DNA of 64,000 bases from Candidatus Microgenomates bacterium (GCA_049519355.1 JBEKQV010000001.1:150408-214407), one strand, 5' to 3'; positions 46,779-57,176 are shown, numbered from the stretch's first letter. Notes: a model not told the origin generated them from the letters alone. A program made the numbers and translations.

Positions 46779-47162
46779 CTATTTTGAATCCAGATAGTTC
46801 TGAAGCATTACGGAGGCGGCGTAGGCATCCTCCATTTCGTGGCGTTTTTTTTGGTGGATCCCGGCTTCTTTAGATAGGAATTGAGCCTCCTGAGTCGAGA
46901 GGGTTTCATCAAATGTTTCAACCGGAATTGTCAACATTTTTCCAAAACTTATGCTGAAGTTTTTGGACTCCTTGCCCATTTCCCCCTCAGAAACTCCGAC
47001 AACAACTTTTTCGATTGCTTCTACTGAAATAATCTTTTTTATTTGTTCCGCCACGATAGATGTATCTGAATATCTAATAACTTTTAGAGGTTCCACTAAA
47101 CTCCCCTCGGCTATAGCAAGGCCGATTTTACTTCTTCCGTAATCAATTCCTAAAATTTTCAT
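46779..47162 (-). CDS. ruvX: Putative pre-16S rRNA nuclease / Holliday junction resolvase-like YqgF
   Basis: MKILGIDYGRSKIGLAIAEGS RNase H-like N-terminus. Confidence 0.85.
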   Translation of the reverse strand: MKILGIDYGRSKIGLAIAEGSLVEPLKVIRYSDTSIVAEQIKKIISVEAIEKVVVGVSEGEMGKESKNFSISFGKMLTIPVETFDETLSTQEAQFLSKEAGIHQKKRHEMEDAYAASVMLQNYLDSK

Positions 47163-47881
47163 TAGTCTATACCGGTGTTTTGATCCGGCGGAATAACTCT
47201 TGCCCGTACTATTAATCTTTTTGGGTTTGACGGGTCCCCCGGCGGAACACAGGTTACCAAAGTTAAAAACGAATCGGACGAATCCTGGTCCAAAACCTGA
47301 ATATCGGTTGGCAACACCTCAAACATTTGTTCCACTTTATAAGTATATGAAACACTGTCGTAATCCACATAAATCAAATCCCCCGGTTGTAGCGTAGGAA
47401 GAAGGGAAAAGATAGAAATGTAATTTTTCGGGTTGTAAAAAATTGGTAATATCGAATGCCCGAAAATAACAGAGTTTCCCCGTTTTCCGGGAAGAGCAGT
47501 ACCGGGATATTGAACCAAGCTTTTATCCAAGTCCTGTCCCCCTATTGCCACTGTCGCATTATCGATCTTTAGTTTTGGAATACTAATGGTAAAATATCGG
47601 ACCTTTGACGCAATGAATGATGCCGCAAAATCAGAAGATGACGCTCCTCCAACAAACCATGTACTAGGATTTGAATCGTTCGTATTGGTACTAACCGTAC
47701 TTGCTCCCTGAACACTTTGTTGACTTACGGGATTTTCGCCAATCGGGGAAACAAGTTGGGAAAAATTCTTTCCGTAAGTTGAATCAAACGAAACAATCGG
47801 ATAAATTACACCGGTCAAGATTACTATCCCCGAAATACCGGAAATTACAGCCGCTATACGTAAAATTGTCTTCTGAGTCAT
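47162..47881 (-). CDS. Sortase family transpeptidase
   Basis: N-terminal TM anchor, a His in NSVIFGHSILP, the TLVTC active-site Cys motif and a downstream Arg. Confidence 0.75.
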   Translation of the reverse strand: MTQKTILRIAAVISGISGIVILTGVIYPIVSFDSTYGKNFSQLVSPIGENPVSQQSVQGASTVSTNTNDSNPSTWFVGGASSSDFAASFIASKVRYFTISIPKLKIDNATVAIGGQDLDKSLVQYPGTALPGKRGNSVIFGHSILPIFYNPKNYISIFSLLPTLQPGDLIYVDYDSVSYTYKVEQMFEVLPTDIQVLDQDSSDSFLTLVTCVPPGDPSNPKRLIVRARVIPPDQNTGID

Positions 47882-47908
47882 GACAATTATTGTACTATAA
47901 CAAAACCC

Positions 47909-50083
47909 TTATTGTTCGGGTTGTACATCAAGGGTAATATTACCCGGAATCCTGGGAAGTGTGTCTAGAGGCGGAGGGAATTTAAAGTTTATTGTCACCT
48001 CAGCGTGCCCAAAACCGGGAATTGAATCCAGATAATTTTGTGCCACCGATGGAGTTTTACCGGCAATAAGACTAATTACCTTTTGTGTATCGATTTGGGG
48101 CAAAAAGTTGGCGCCAACCGTAACGTTATAACTATAATTTCCATTAAGTTGTCCGACATACACAAATTGAAAATCTATCTGGCTATCGCTTAATGAATAA
48201 CCGGCAGGAATTTTATCATTCAAAACACCCTTGGCGTATTCCAAAAGTTTTGACTTGTCCGCAGCAAGTCCTGTGGCATTTAGAGCCAGATCAAGTTTAA
48301 GACTATCCGCCTGATCCCCAACTTTATGGTCAAAACTCTCCGATACGGTATCTAACCCGGCCAAACCGGTAACAAAAATCTGATCTGTTGAAACTTTTGC
48401 CGAAATATCACTCTGAGCATTCTGGGTAAGTTCGGACTTAAGATCCGCTTCCAAACTGGTTTGATCATCTTTACTAACCGCTGATACTTCCTGACTGCTG
48501 CCTCCCGAAAAATCTGCAGTCGAGGTTGCCGCCACAAGCGCCTTTGAATAGTTTCCTACACTGAAAACTTCACCTTTTGCCAAATTATATTGGGCTCCGA
48601 TATCACCCGCAGATACATCAACATTTGCAGTTCCGGGTGAACCCGGCAGGATCTGTCCGGAAACTGAAGCCGTGGAAACCGTTACAAATTTAAGGCCTGC
48701 GGAAGAGGTAAGAATTGTACCCGCAGATAAATTTATTGCCGCACCATTACCGTTAGCTATCTGAACACTACCCGTAGATCTATTCCCGATTAACTGGGTG
48801 CCTGTAGCCGACTTTGTCTTTTCACCTTTGACCTGATCGGTAATCACTTGCGCCGGAATAATACCGTTCGCCGCGTCAAATTGACCGTTTGGACTAAACG
48901 AAACCTGCACCTGCTGTTCAAATCTTTTAGGAGTAACGAAAACAGTGATTTTCGCTTTTGGATAAAACCACCAAAAGACTCCGGCTCCAATGACGGCAAC
49001 AACCGCAAGAACCAAGAAAATAATCCACGAATTACTTTTTACACGCGGGGCGGCAGGTGTTTTTGCACCAACTTTTGCCGAGAAAGAATGAAAAAGATTC
49101 TTAGATTTTGCCAAATACTCACCGGCTAATTTTGCCGGATTAAAAGCTGCCTTTGGGCTAGGAACAGGAATTACCGGTTGCGGCGGAACCACATTTTGGA
49201 TTTCGGCGGTTCTCGCGGCAACATCCTCTCCGATGGCAAAACCCATATTTTCAGGTGGTACGGTTTCTTCAATCAACTCCTCGTTGTCTTCCGTTTTTTC
49301 TTCATCTTGAGGTTCTACTGAAGCAACCTGAGACACATGACCGATTTCCGCCGCCCCGGCTAGAGAAGTGGCCAAGACCTTTCTGTCGGAACTTAGTATC
49401 TCGGCTTTGGGAGTGTGCAAAAATTTAACCTTTTCACTTTCCGACCAGGAGGCCTGCATAAGAACATTTTTTGCTTCCTCCAGTTCGCCTTCGCGTCCGT
49501 CGTAGACAACAAAACGTGACGGAAGCGGTACTGCTCCCTCAAATCTGGAAAGTCCTTCCGTAACGTCCTCAATAAGAGAGACGCTTCTTGAAACCTCCGT
49601 CGTACCAACCAGGTTCCCTAACTTAAACACCGATATTTCCAAATATTCCTCCCCCAATTTCAAAACCACGGCGCTTAGGGGCGCTCCTTCCTCGGATTTA
49701 TAAAGATGGGCGATTGCTTCCGGAAGAACTACAAATCCCACAGGAACCAGGGACAACTCCGCACAAAGTTTTTTAATCTTACTCAAATACTCTTCTTTAA
49801 TTTCTCCACCTTTAACCCAAGATGCAGAAACTCCGAAAACCGTTTTATTGGGCTCTTTATAATCCTCGGGGAGCTTTTGAACTGCGGAAGAAAGTGCGGC
49901 ATCCGCCGCACCCAAAAGTTCTTCATCGGTTGACCAGGCGGCACCACTACTTACACTAATCACTTCGGCGGCAGTTTCACCTATATACCAAATTCCCGCC
50001 TGGATCCAATCCTCCTCTATCACAAGCGACCAATAAAGTTCAGGAGGATGTTCCCTACTAGCTAAAAAGTCTTTGAGGTTCAT
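47909..50083 (-). CDS. Large bitopic membrane protein: N-terminal actin-like (PilM/FtsA-like) cytoplasmic domain, one TM, Ser/Thr/Gly-rich extracytoplasmic domain
   Basis: About 340 cytoplasmic aa with an actin-fold-like pattern (LYWSLVIEEDWIQAGIWYIG ... LVPVGFVVLPEAIAHLY). TM helix WIIFLVLAVVAVIGAGVFWWFY. About 350 aa extracytoplasmic domain. Possibly a PilM-PilN/O-like fusion. Confidence 0.4.
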   Translation of the reverse strand: MNLKDFLASREHPPELYWSLVIEEDWIQAGIWYIGETAAEVISVSSGAAWSTDEELLGAADAALSSAVQKLPEDYKEPNKTVFGVSASWVKGGEIKEEYLSKIKKLCAELSLVPVGFVVLPEAIAHLYKSEEGAPLSAVVLKLGEEYLEISVFKLGNLVGTTEVSRSVSLIEDVTEGLSRFEGAVPLPSRFVVYDGREGELEEAKNVLMQASWSESEKVKFLHTPKAEILSSDRKVLATSLAGAAEIGHVSQVASVEPQDEEKTEDNEELIEETVPPENMGFAIGEDVAARTAEIQNVVPPQPVIPVPSPKAAFNPAKLAGEYLAKSKNLFHSFSAKVGAKTPAAPRVKSNSWIIFLVLAVVAVIGAGVFWWFYPKAKITVFVTPKRFEQQVQVSFSPNGQFDAANGIIPAQVITDQVKGEKTKSATGTQLIGNRSTGSVQIANGNGAAINLSAGTILTSSAGLKFVTVSTASVSGQILPGSPGTANVDVSAGDIGAQYNLAKGEVFSVGNYSKALVAATSTADFSGGSSQEVSAVSKDDQTSLEADLKSELTQNAQSDISAKVSTDQIFVTGLAGLDTVSESFDHKVGDQADSLKLDLALNATGLAADKSKLLEYAKGVLNDKIPAGYSLSDSQIDFQFVYVGQLNGNYSYNVTVGANFLPQIDTQKVISLIAGKTPSVAQNYLDSIPGFGHAEVTINFKFPPPLDTLPRIPGNITLDVQPEQ

Positions 50084-50085
50084 GC

Positions 50086-51897
50086 TTATTTCTCAAGCGA
50101 TGCATATATCCGGATAATTCCGGATCCTATTTTCTCTTGTTTAATTATTTTAACACTACCGATAGCGGCCGTGTGAGTTACGTGAGGACCTCCGCACACT
50201 TCTTTAGAAAAAAATACCCCGTCAGGATCCCCAATTGTATAAACCTTCACTTTTTCGCCGTATTTTTCGGCAAAGAAATGCATTGCACCCGCGTTAATCG
50301 CATCAGTTAGCGGCATTTCGGTAAAGCTTACAGGAAGATCTTCTTTTATTTTTAAGTTAATCAGATCCTCGACTTTCTTAATTTCGTCATCTGTTAATTT
50401 CTGTGGATGAGAAAAATCAAACCTCAGCCGCGCTGATGTAATATGACTTCCCTTCTGACCTACATGCTCACCTAATATCTGACGCAGCGCCGCGTGAAGA
50501 AGATGTGTTGCCGTATGAAGTTTGGTTGTAACTTCCGAAGCCTCCGCCAAACCTCCTTTAAACATCCCCGCCGATGCCGTGCGGGACGCGTCTTTGTGTT
50601 TTTCAAACTCGGCTTCAAAAGCATTTTTTTCCGCCGGAGTAAAAGTCACACCGTTTTGCTTAAGAATTTCCGTAGTCAGCTCGAGGGGAAAACCCTCGGT
50701 TTGGTAGAGGTCAAAAGCCACTTTGCCGTCAATTTTAGTCCCTTCGGAAACAAGAGCGGTTAATTTCGCAAGTCCTCTTTTTAGTGCAGTTTCAAACCTT
50801 GTTGCTTCCGCAGTCAAGTTTTCTTCAACAACTTGCCAATTTTTATCAACATTTGGATAAAACTTTCGCAAATCCTCTGCAACACTGGCGACTTCCCCTC
50901 CCGAAATTCCGGTACCAAGGAGGTGAAAATGAAACATCGCCCTACGGATTAGTCTTCTAAGGGCATATCCGTGAAGTTTGTTTCCAGGAATAACTCCTTC
51001 GCTCAACAAATTTACCGATGCCCGTAGATGATCTGCAATAATGCGAAAACTTCTGTCCTTGACAGAATCAGTATCATAATCAACTCCAACTTCCTCACCA
51101 ACTTTTTTGATGACACCAGAAAACATATCAATTTTAAAAATATCGGGGTCATTATTAACGGCTGCAGCAATTCGTTCAAGTCCGCCGCCGAAGTCGACAT
51201 TTTTCTGCGGCAATTCGGTCAGCTTTCCGTCCTGATTCTTTTGATACTGCATAAAAACGGAATTTCCTATTTCCAGGAATTTTCCACAATCACAATTCGG
51301 GTGACAGAACTTTCCGAAACTTGGATCATGTTTAACATCTTCAAACTCAAAAAATATTTCCGAATCCGGACCTCCAATTTCCCCTGCCGGCATTTTGTCG
51401 GGGGACCCGGCACGCGACCACCAGTTTTTATCGGCACCGTAAAAATGAATATGGTCATCAGTTAAACCTAAACTTTTCCAAATTTTGAAAGACTCAGTGT
51501 CTTTAGGAACCTCTGAGTTGCCTTCAAAAACACTTACATAAAGTTTTTTGGGGTCAAGCATTAACTCCTTAGTCATAAATTCCCAAACCCAGGGGATTTG
51601 TTCTCTTTTGAAATAATCTCCCAGACTCCAATTTCCCAGCATTTCAAAAAAAGTCGTGTGGCGGTTGTCCCCAACTTCCTCGATATCTTGTAAACGGAGA
51701 GAGGGCTGGGAATCAACCAGACGAACCCCTTTGGAATGTTTTTCACCCTTGAGGTACGGGACCAGCTGTTGCATACCGCTCGACGTAAAAAGAGTCGTCG
51801 GGTCGGAATCAATTACCAAGGGTGAGGGTGCAATTTCTTTATGTCCCCGTTTAATAAAAAAGTCTAAATATTTTTTGCGGATTTCTGAAGTCGTCAT
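50086..51897 (-). CDS. alaS: Alanine--tRNA ligase, short form lacking the C-Ala domain
   Basis: N-terminal class II catalytic domain (FTSSGMQQ..., HTTFFEMLGNWSLGDYFK) and an editing domain with HxxxH ... CGGPHV. The protein ends after the editing domain at 603 aa. Confidence 0.9.
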   Translation of the reverse strand: MTTSEIRKKYLDFFIKRGHKEIAPSPLVIDSDPTTLFTSSGMQQLVPYLKGEKHSKGVRLVDSQPSLRLQDIEEVGDNRHTTFFEMLGNWSLGDYFKREQIPWVWEFMTKELMLDPKKLYVSVFEGNSEVPKDTESFKIWKSLGLTDDHIHFYGADKNWWSRAGSPDKMPAGEIGGPDSEIFFEFEDVKHDPSFGKFCHPNCDCGKFLEIGNSVFMQYQKNQDGKLTELPQKNVDFGGGLERIAAAVNNDPDIFKIDMFSGVIKKVGEEVGVDYDTDSVKDRSFRIIADHLRASVNLLSEGVIPGNKLHGYALRRLIRRAMFHFHLLGTGISGGEVASVAEDLRKFYPNVDKNWQVVEENLTAEATRFETALKRGLAKLTALVSEGTKIDGKVAFDLYQTEGFPLELTTEILKQNGVTFTPAEKNAFEAEFEKHKDASRTASAGMFKGGLAEASEVTTKLHTATHLLHAALRQILGEHVGQKGSHITSARLRFDFSHPQKLTDDEIKKVEDLINLKIKEDLPVSFTEMPLTDAINAGAMHFFAEKYGEKVKVYTIGDPDGVFFSKEVCGGPHVTHTAAIGSVKIIKQEKIGSGIIRIYASLEK

Positions 51898-51915
51898 GGC
51901 TAAAGTATATCATTA

Positions 51916-52149
51916 TTAGCCGCCGTGAGTTTCGAGTTTTTTACCTTTGTGAAGAAGTTCCAGAACGGAACTTAACTTTTCCGGGCGGATTAATCCGCCA
52001 CCAAGAATTGCATCCTCAAGAATAGAATTTAGTCTTTTGATAGCGCGTCTTAGATCAATAATTATAAGCATTACCTGAACCCCCACGATTACAAGTAAAA
52101 GCGTCAAACTTATCACTACTATTATCAAAAGTGTTTGAACGGAATCCAT
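51916..52149 (-). CDS. Small membrane protein (77 aa)
   Basis: Single N-terminal TM helix followed by a helical charged region. Tightly packed between alaS and the rodZ-like gene. Confidence 0.45.
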   Translation of the reverse strand: MDSVQTLLIIVVISLTLLLVIVGVQVMLIIIDLRRAIKRLNSILEDAILGGGLIRPEKLSSVLELLHKGKKLETHGG

Positions 52150-52154
52150 ATCTA

Positions 52155-52775
52155 TTATTCTACAGTAATTTTCCGAGAAATAATTCTTTCTTTTCCTGAT
52201 CTGGAAACGGCATCAATAACAATTTCTTTTGTTGACAGGGAAACTCCAATTGAGACAGAAAACTTTCCGTCCTGATCGACCAGAACCGGCTGATCATCTA
52301 TGGTAAGTTTTACATCCGTATCCGTAGTTCCAAAAACCAGGACGGAGTTTCCCATGACAATCTGATTTTCTTTGGGACTATCTACAGTTAAGCCGGGTGA
52401 TGAGATAAATCTATTATATTGATAGCCAAGATACCCGAGAGTCGCAAGAATAACAAAGCCTATCCCTACCGCAAAAGTAAGTTTCGGGCTCCAGGCAAAA
52501 TGGGAGGAAACATCGGGTTTGGGAATAATGTTTAAGACCTTAGGCGGATAATCACGTTTAAGAACCGCAATTATCATCTTTTCGTCAATTCCTAATGGAC
52601 CCGAAATACTTTTTACAAATCCTAAAACCGTTGGGAAAGGGGGAAGGGACTGCCATTTTTCCTTCTCAATAGACTCAATAAACACAGCCTTTATTTTGGT
52701 TATTTCTTCGAGGCGCTTAAAAGAAAGTCTTTTTTTGGCGCGGGCATCGCCAATGATTTGGCCAATTGTTTTCAT
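52155..52775 (-). CDS. rodZ: RodZ-like cytoskeleton protein (HTH + TM + C-terminal domain)
   Basis: N-terminal XRE-type HTH (IGQIIGDARAKKRLSFKRLEEITKIK), a central TM helix, and an extracytoplasmic beta-rich C-terminal domain. Confidence 0.6.
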   Translation of the reverse strand: MKTIGQIIGDARAKKRLSFKRLEEITKIKAVFIESIEKEKWQSLPPFPTVLGFVKSISGPLGIDEKMIIAVLKRDYPPKVLNIIPKPDVSSHFAWSPKLTFAVGIGFVILATLGYLGYQYNRFISSPGLTVDSPKENQIVMGNSVLVFGTTDTDVKLTIDDQPVLVDQDGKFSVSIGVSLSTKEIVIDAVSRSGKERIISRKITVE

Positions 52776-54868
52776 TTGCCCATCGTTTCCAAAAACTCAT
52801 CAGCATTTTGAACTAAAACCTCACGCGCCTTACTGCCTCCTGTAGTTGGTGCAATAACACCGGCGGCTTCAAGTTGATCAACAATCCGGGCCGCACGAGC
52901 ATAACCAATTGAAAGTCTTCTTTGGAGAAGTGAAGCCGATGCTCTATCGTACTGGCAAACCACCTTAACAGCCTCCCTAAACAAATCGTCAATGTTCCCC
53001 TCCACACCCGCAACCGAAACTGTGCCTGCCTTGGCCATAGTCGTTACCTCATCCGTATATTGAGGTGTAACACCCTGATCCTTAAGAAAAGCGACCAACG
53101 CTCCAATCTCTCTGTCGTTTACAAAAGCACCCTGAATTCTTACCGGTTTTGCCTGCTCAGGAGGAAGATAAAGCATATCTCCCTTGCCTAAAAGTTTTTC
53201 GGCCCCCTGAGTATCCAAAATAACTCTCGAGTCTACTTGCGAGGCAACGGCAAAAGCAATTCGGGACGGAATATTGGCCTTAATAAGACCTGTGATGACA
53301 TCAACCGATGGTCTCTGTGTTGCAAGCACCATATGAATTCCGGTTGCCCGGCTCATCTGGGCAATCCGGGTTATATCATCTTCAACCTCAACCGGACTAA
53401 AAAGCATAATATCCGCAAGTTCATCAATAAAAAGAACAATATAGGGAAGAACCTGGAAACCTGACATCTCGTTATATGCGTCAATATTCCTGGCTCCCGC
53501 CTGGGCAAAAAGTTTATAGCGCCTATCCATTTCGGCCAAAATCCAGCGAAGGGCCGAAAGAACTTTATCCGGTTCAACTATGACGGGGGAAAGAAGATGC
53601 GGAATTCCGTTGTAATGCGTAAGTTCCACCCTCTTCGGATCAACCAGAATTAGTTTGACCTCAGTCGGGGCCGCTCTAAAAAGAAGAGATCCCAGGAAAG
53701 CATTTATACAAACGGATTTTCCGGAACCGGTTTGACCGGCAATAAGAACATGAGGCATTTTAGCTATATCGGCAACAATCGGCTTTCCCGAAACATCCAA
53801 TCCCAGGGAAACTGCAAGTTTTGATTTTGCAGCTTGCATTTCCTCAGATTCCATCATCTTCCTCAAAGGCACAAACTCGGCGGATCTATTCGGAAGCTCA
53901 ATTCCCACAAGGTTGCGTCCGGGAATAGGAGCCTCAATTCTTATAGTACCAGTAGGCGCCGAAAGGGCTAAGGCCAGATCGCGCTCCAAAGAGGTAATTT
54001 TTGAAAGTTTGGTTCCAAGGGCAACTTCGAGAGCGTATTGGGTAACCGCCGGTCCCAGATTTACCTCAACCACACGCGCCGTGATACCGAAAGATTCAAG
54101 AGTTTTTTCAATTGTTGCCGCATTTCCTTTGATATCGCCTCTATCCGCCTTACCTGTTTCAATTTCACTTAAGATATCAAGGCTCGGATATCTCCAAACT
54201 TTTTCCTCCCCGGGAATATTGCTCACAAGTTTTTCTTCCAGTGTCTCGGGAGGATTCGTAGGACCACCAACTCTTGATGTTGCGGGTGATTGGAAAGGCG
54301 CACCACCCGAAACTTTCAAAGGACTTTTGGAAAGCGGCTTCCCGCCAACTTTAAACTGTTCCCCGCCGCCCCTGATATATATTCCTATCTGGCGGAAAAA
54401 CTCCTTGCCGATTTTGTAAACCTGATCTATCGAGGTGTTGAAAAGAATAATAAGTCCCACTAGGGCAACACCGGCAAAAATTATTGCCGCACCCACCCCG
54501 GTAACCAGCACGGCAATTGCATCCCAAATTCCAAGTCCTACAATTCCGGCCCGTCCTAAAGCAGCGACGGCAATAAAGAAAAGCAAGCCTCCGACAATTA
54601 CGTTCGGTTGTCCAAGAACAAATTTAATTTTGGAAAGAAGAAATGCAAATGCCAAGAAGATAAAGGGCAAAAAAACCGAAGACCAGGAGAAATAATTAAG
54701 TAAAATATCGTTGAATTTAATAAGAATCGCCCCTTGGCGCGAGAAGGAAATAAGGACAAGAACCGCAATCGCAGAAAAAATAATCTGGGAAATTGAAAAA
54801 ACAGATTCCTGCTTAAGCTTCAGCCTAAAACCACGTTTAGTAAATCTTTTTCTTTTCTTAAGTGCCAT
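52772..54868 (-). CDS. ftsK: DNA translocase FtsK
   Basis: N-terminal TM segments, FtsK motor with Walker A GQTGSGKSV, and a C-terminal winged-helix gamma domain. Confidence 0.95.
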   Translation of the reverse strand: MALKKRKRFTKRGFRLKLKQESVFSISQIIFSAIAVLVLISFSRQGAILIKFNDILLNYFSWSSVFLPFIFLAFAFLLSKIKFVLGQPNVIVGGLLFFIAVAALGRAGIVGLGIWDAIAVLVTGVGAAIIFAGVALVGLIILFNTSIDQVYKIGKEFFRQIGIYIRGGGEQFKVGGKPLSKSPLKVSGGAPFQSPATSRVGGPTNPPETLEEKLVSNIPGEEKVWRYPSLDILSEIETGKADRGDIKGNAATIEKTLESFGITARVVEVNLGPAVTQYALEVALGTKLSKITSLERDLALALSAPTGTIRIEAPIPGRNLVGIELPNRSAEFVPLRKMMESEEMQAAKSKLAVSLGLDVSGKPIVADIAKMPHVLIAGQTGSGKSVCINAFLGSLLFRAAPTEVKLILVDPKRVELTHYNGIPHLLSPVIVEPDKVLSALRWILAEMDRRYKLFAQAGARNIDAYNEMSGFQVLPYIVLFIDELADIMLFSPVEVEDDITRIAQMSRATGIHMVLATQRPSVDVITGLIKANIPSRIAFAVASQVDSRVILDTQGAEKLLGKGDMLYLPPEQAKPVRIQGAFVNDREIGALVAFLKDQGVTPQYTDEVTTMAKAGTVSVAGVEGNIDDLFREAVKVVCQYDRASASLLQRRLSIGYARAARIVDQLEAAGVIAPTTGGSKAREVLVQNADEFLETMGK

Positions 54869-54898
54869 AAGCTAAACCCATTGTATATCGAAGTTACG

Positions 54899-56563
54899 TT
54901 AAACCTCAACAACCACAGGCATTATCATGGGGCGGCGGCCTGTTTTTTGATAAAAGTATCTTTCAAGAAAATCAATCGCGATATTTCTAACCACCTGGGC
55001 CGTTATCGACTTCTTTTTTTGAGTTGCCTTTGCAAGTTCGCGTGATGCCTCTTCCAAAATTCTTCCGTACTTTTGTTCAAAAACAAAACCCCTACTTAAG
55101 ATTTCCGGTGGTGCCATAATCGCTCCCGCGTTTCTGTCAAAATGAATTATGGCAATGACTATGCCTTCCTTAGAAAGAATATGCCTATCCCGAAGGACTA
55201 CATTTCCGACATCTCCGATTCCAAGACCATCAACCAGTATTTCTTTTACAGGCACCTTACCTGCTCTTCTTGCGTTTTGATTACTAAATTCAACAATCTC
55301 TCCCGGCAAAAGCTCAAGTATGTCACTTTCGGTTGCTCCCATTCTCTGGGCAATAAGTCCATAGGCTATCATGTGCCTAATCGTTCCGCCAATCGGAATA
55401 AAGTACTTTGGCTTAACCAAAGCAAAAAGCATTTCAATATCTCCTATGCTCCCGTGACCGGAGACATGCAAATCCTCCTGCATATCGTAATAGTGAACAT
55501 CAACATCACTTTCTATAAGTTTATCCACCAAAAAGTCGACGTTTCCTTTACTTCCAGGTGGAGCAGGATCGGAAGAAAATATCACAACGTCTCCTTTGCC
55601 GACAGTTAAGAAATCATGATCCCCCAGAGCCAATCTATAAAGAGCACTTCCCGGCTGTCCATAGCTTCCGGAGATAATATAGAGAATTTTTTCCGGCGGA
55701 AGATGCGAAGCTTGTTTTGACTTAATAACCAATCCGTTGGGGTAGAATAAGTAACCAAGATCTTTTGCAATTAAAGCTTTTCTTTCAATCGACCTTCCTA
55801 TTAGAACCACTTTTCTTCCAAGCTTCGCGGCAACATTAATCGTTTGCTGCATACGGCTGATATTACTTGAGATTGTGGTTAAATAAATTTTTCCTTTGGC
55901 GTCCTGAGCAATAGACTCGATTCTCCCTTCAATCGCCCGCTCGCTTTCGGTATAACCTGGAGTGTTAGCCCCCAAAGCATCAGAGGCAAGTGCCAGCGCT
56001 CCTTGCGAAGCCAGAGTCGCAACTTTGGCTGCATCGAAAGGTTTATTATCAACCGGCGTCCAATCAAATTTATAATCCGGTACGTGGAAAATTTTCCCTT
56101 CCGGTGTATCGATGCAAAAACCTACTCCGTCAGGAACCGAATGACTTACCCTAAAAGGAGTAACCTTGAAAACTCCAAGAGTTAAAATATCCCGCTCGGG
56201 GTTAAATATGGAAATTTTTGGAGGTTCCATGTCGTAATCCTCAAATTTATCCTGAATAAATCCTCCCACAAGTTTTGTGGCATATATCGTAGTTTTTACC
56301 TCTTTAAGAAGGAAGGGAAGACCACCAAGATGATCCTCATGTCCGTGGGAAATCAAAACACCGCGGAGTTTTGCAGCATTATTTTTGATATAAGAAAAGT
56401 CGGGAATAACAAGGTCGACCCCGAACATTTCGGCTTCGGGAAATCCTACGCCACAATCCACGACAATCATATCATTGCCGTACTCGTAGACGTAGAGATT
56501 CTCGGTTACTCCAGTAGTGCCCGAAAGGGCTATGAATTTTAAGGCAGACATTTTGTTAAACAA
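54899..56563 (-). CDS. rnj: Ribonuclease J (metallo-beta-lactamase / beta-CASP)
   Basis: HGHEDH motif, beta-CASP region and C-terminal domain; 554 aa. Confidence 0.9.
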   Translation of the reverse strand: MFNKMSALKFIALSGTTGVTENLYVYEYGNDMIVVDCGVGFPEAEMFGVDLVIPDFSYIKNNAAKLRGVLISHGHEDHLGGLPFLLKEVKTTIYATKLVGGFIQDKFEDYDMEPPKISIFNPERDILTLGVFKVTPFRVSHSVPDGVGFCIDTPEGKIFHVPDYKFDWTPVDNKPFDAAKVATLASQGALALASDALGANTPGYTESERAIEGRIESIAQDAKGKIYLTTISSNISRMQQTINVAAKLGRKVVLIGRSIERKALIAKDLGYLFYPNGLVIKSKQASHLPPEKILYIISGSYGQPGSALYRLALGDHDFLTVGKGDVVIFSSDPAPPGSKGNVDFLVDKLIESDVDVHYYDMQEDLHVSGHGSIGDIEMLFALVKPKYFIPIGGTIRHMIAYGLIAQRMGATESDILELLPGEIVEFSNQNARRAGKVPVKEILVDGLGIGDVGNVVLRDRHILSKEGIVIAIIHFDRNAGAIMAPPEILSRGFVFEQKYGRILEEASRELAKATQKKKSITAQVVRNIAIDFLERYFYQKTGRRPMIMPVVVEV

Positions 56564-57176
56564 GACTCATTTGTTCCGATTTCGGAATATTTTTTTTCTT
56601 TTCCTCGGCAATCTTTTTGAGTGCATCGGGGAGCCGTAAAAAATCTTCTTTCTCCTGTCGCATTACTTCCCCATTCCTAAGCGCCGCGGCCGGGTGATAC
56701 ATCGGAATTACAAAAAGATCTTTGTCTTTCCAGTTTACTCTAAAAAGTTTTCCGTGGGCAGAGGAAATTTTGGCGGAGGGCAAAAACTTTCCCATTGAGT
56801 ACCTTCCGAGTGTAACGATAACTTCGGGATCGATTATATTAATCATCTCGTCCAGATATTTTCCGTAAGCCGCCATTTCTTCCGGAAGCGGGTCCCTATT
56901 TTCCGGAGGTCGGTGATGAACAACATTTGTAATGTAGACACTTTCTCTGGGCATTTCGATTGACCTAAGAAGTTGATCTAAAAATTTACCGGCATTTCCA
57001 ACGAAAGGTTCTCCTTTCATATCTTCCCAATAACCCGGGCCTTCACCGATAAAAAGAATTTTTGTCTCGGGATCTCCGACTCCAAAAACAAGTCTTGTGG
57101 CAACTTTTTTAAGAGGAAGGGAATCGTCCGCTTCCATTTTTTCTTTTAACTTCTGAAGTTCTTCCGCCTTAGTCAT
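56556..57176 (-). CDS. Uracil-DNA glycosylase, family 4-like, without Fe-S cysteines
   Basis: Motif A GEGPG...GEPFVGNAG and motif B HPAAAL. The protein has no cysteine residues at all. Confidence 0.8.
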   Translation of the reverse strand: MTKAEELQKLKEKMEADDSLPLKKVATRLVFGVGDPETKILFIGEGPGYWEDMKGEPFVGNAGKFLDQLLRSIEMPRESVYITNVVHHRPPENRDPLPEEMAAYGKYLDEMINIIDPEVIVTLGRYSMGKFLPSAKISSAHGKLFRVNWKDKDLFVIPMYHPAAALRNGEVMRQEKEDFLRLPDALKKIAEEKKKNIPKSEQMSLV

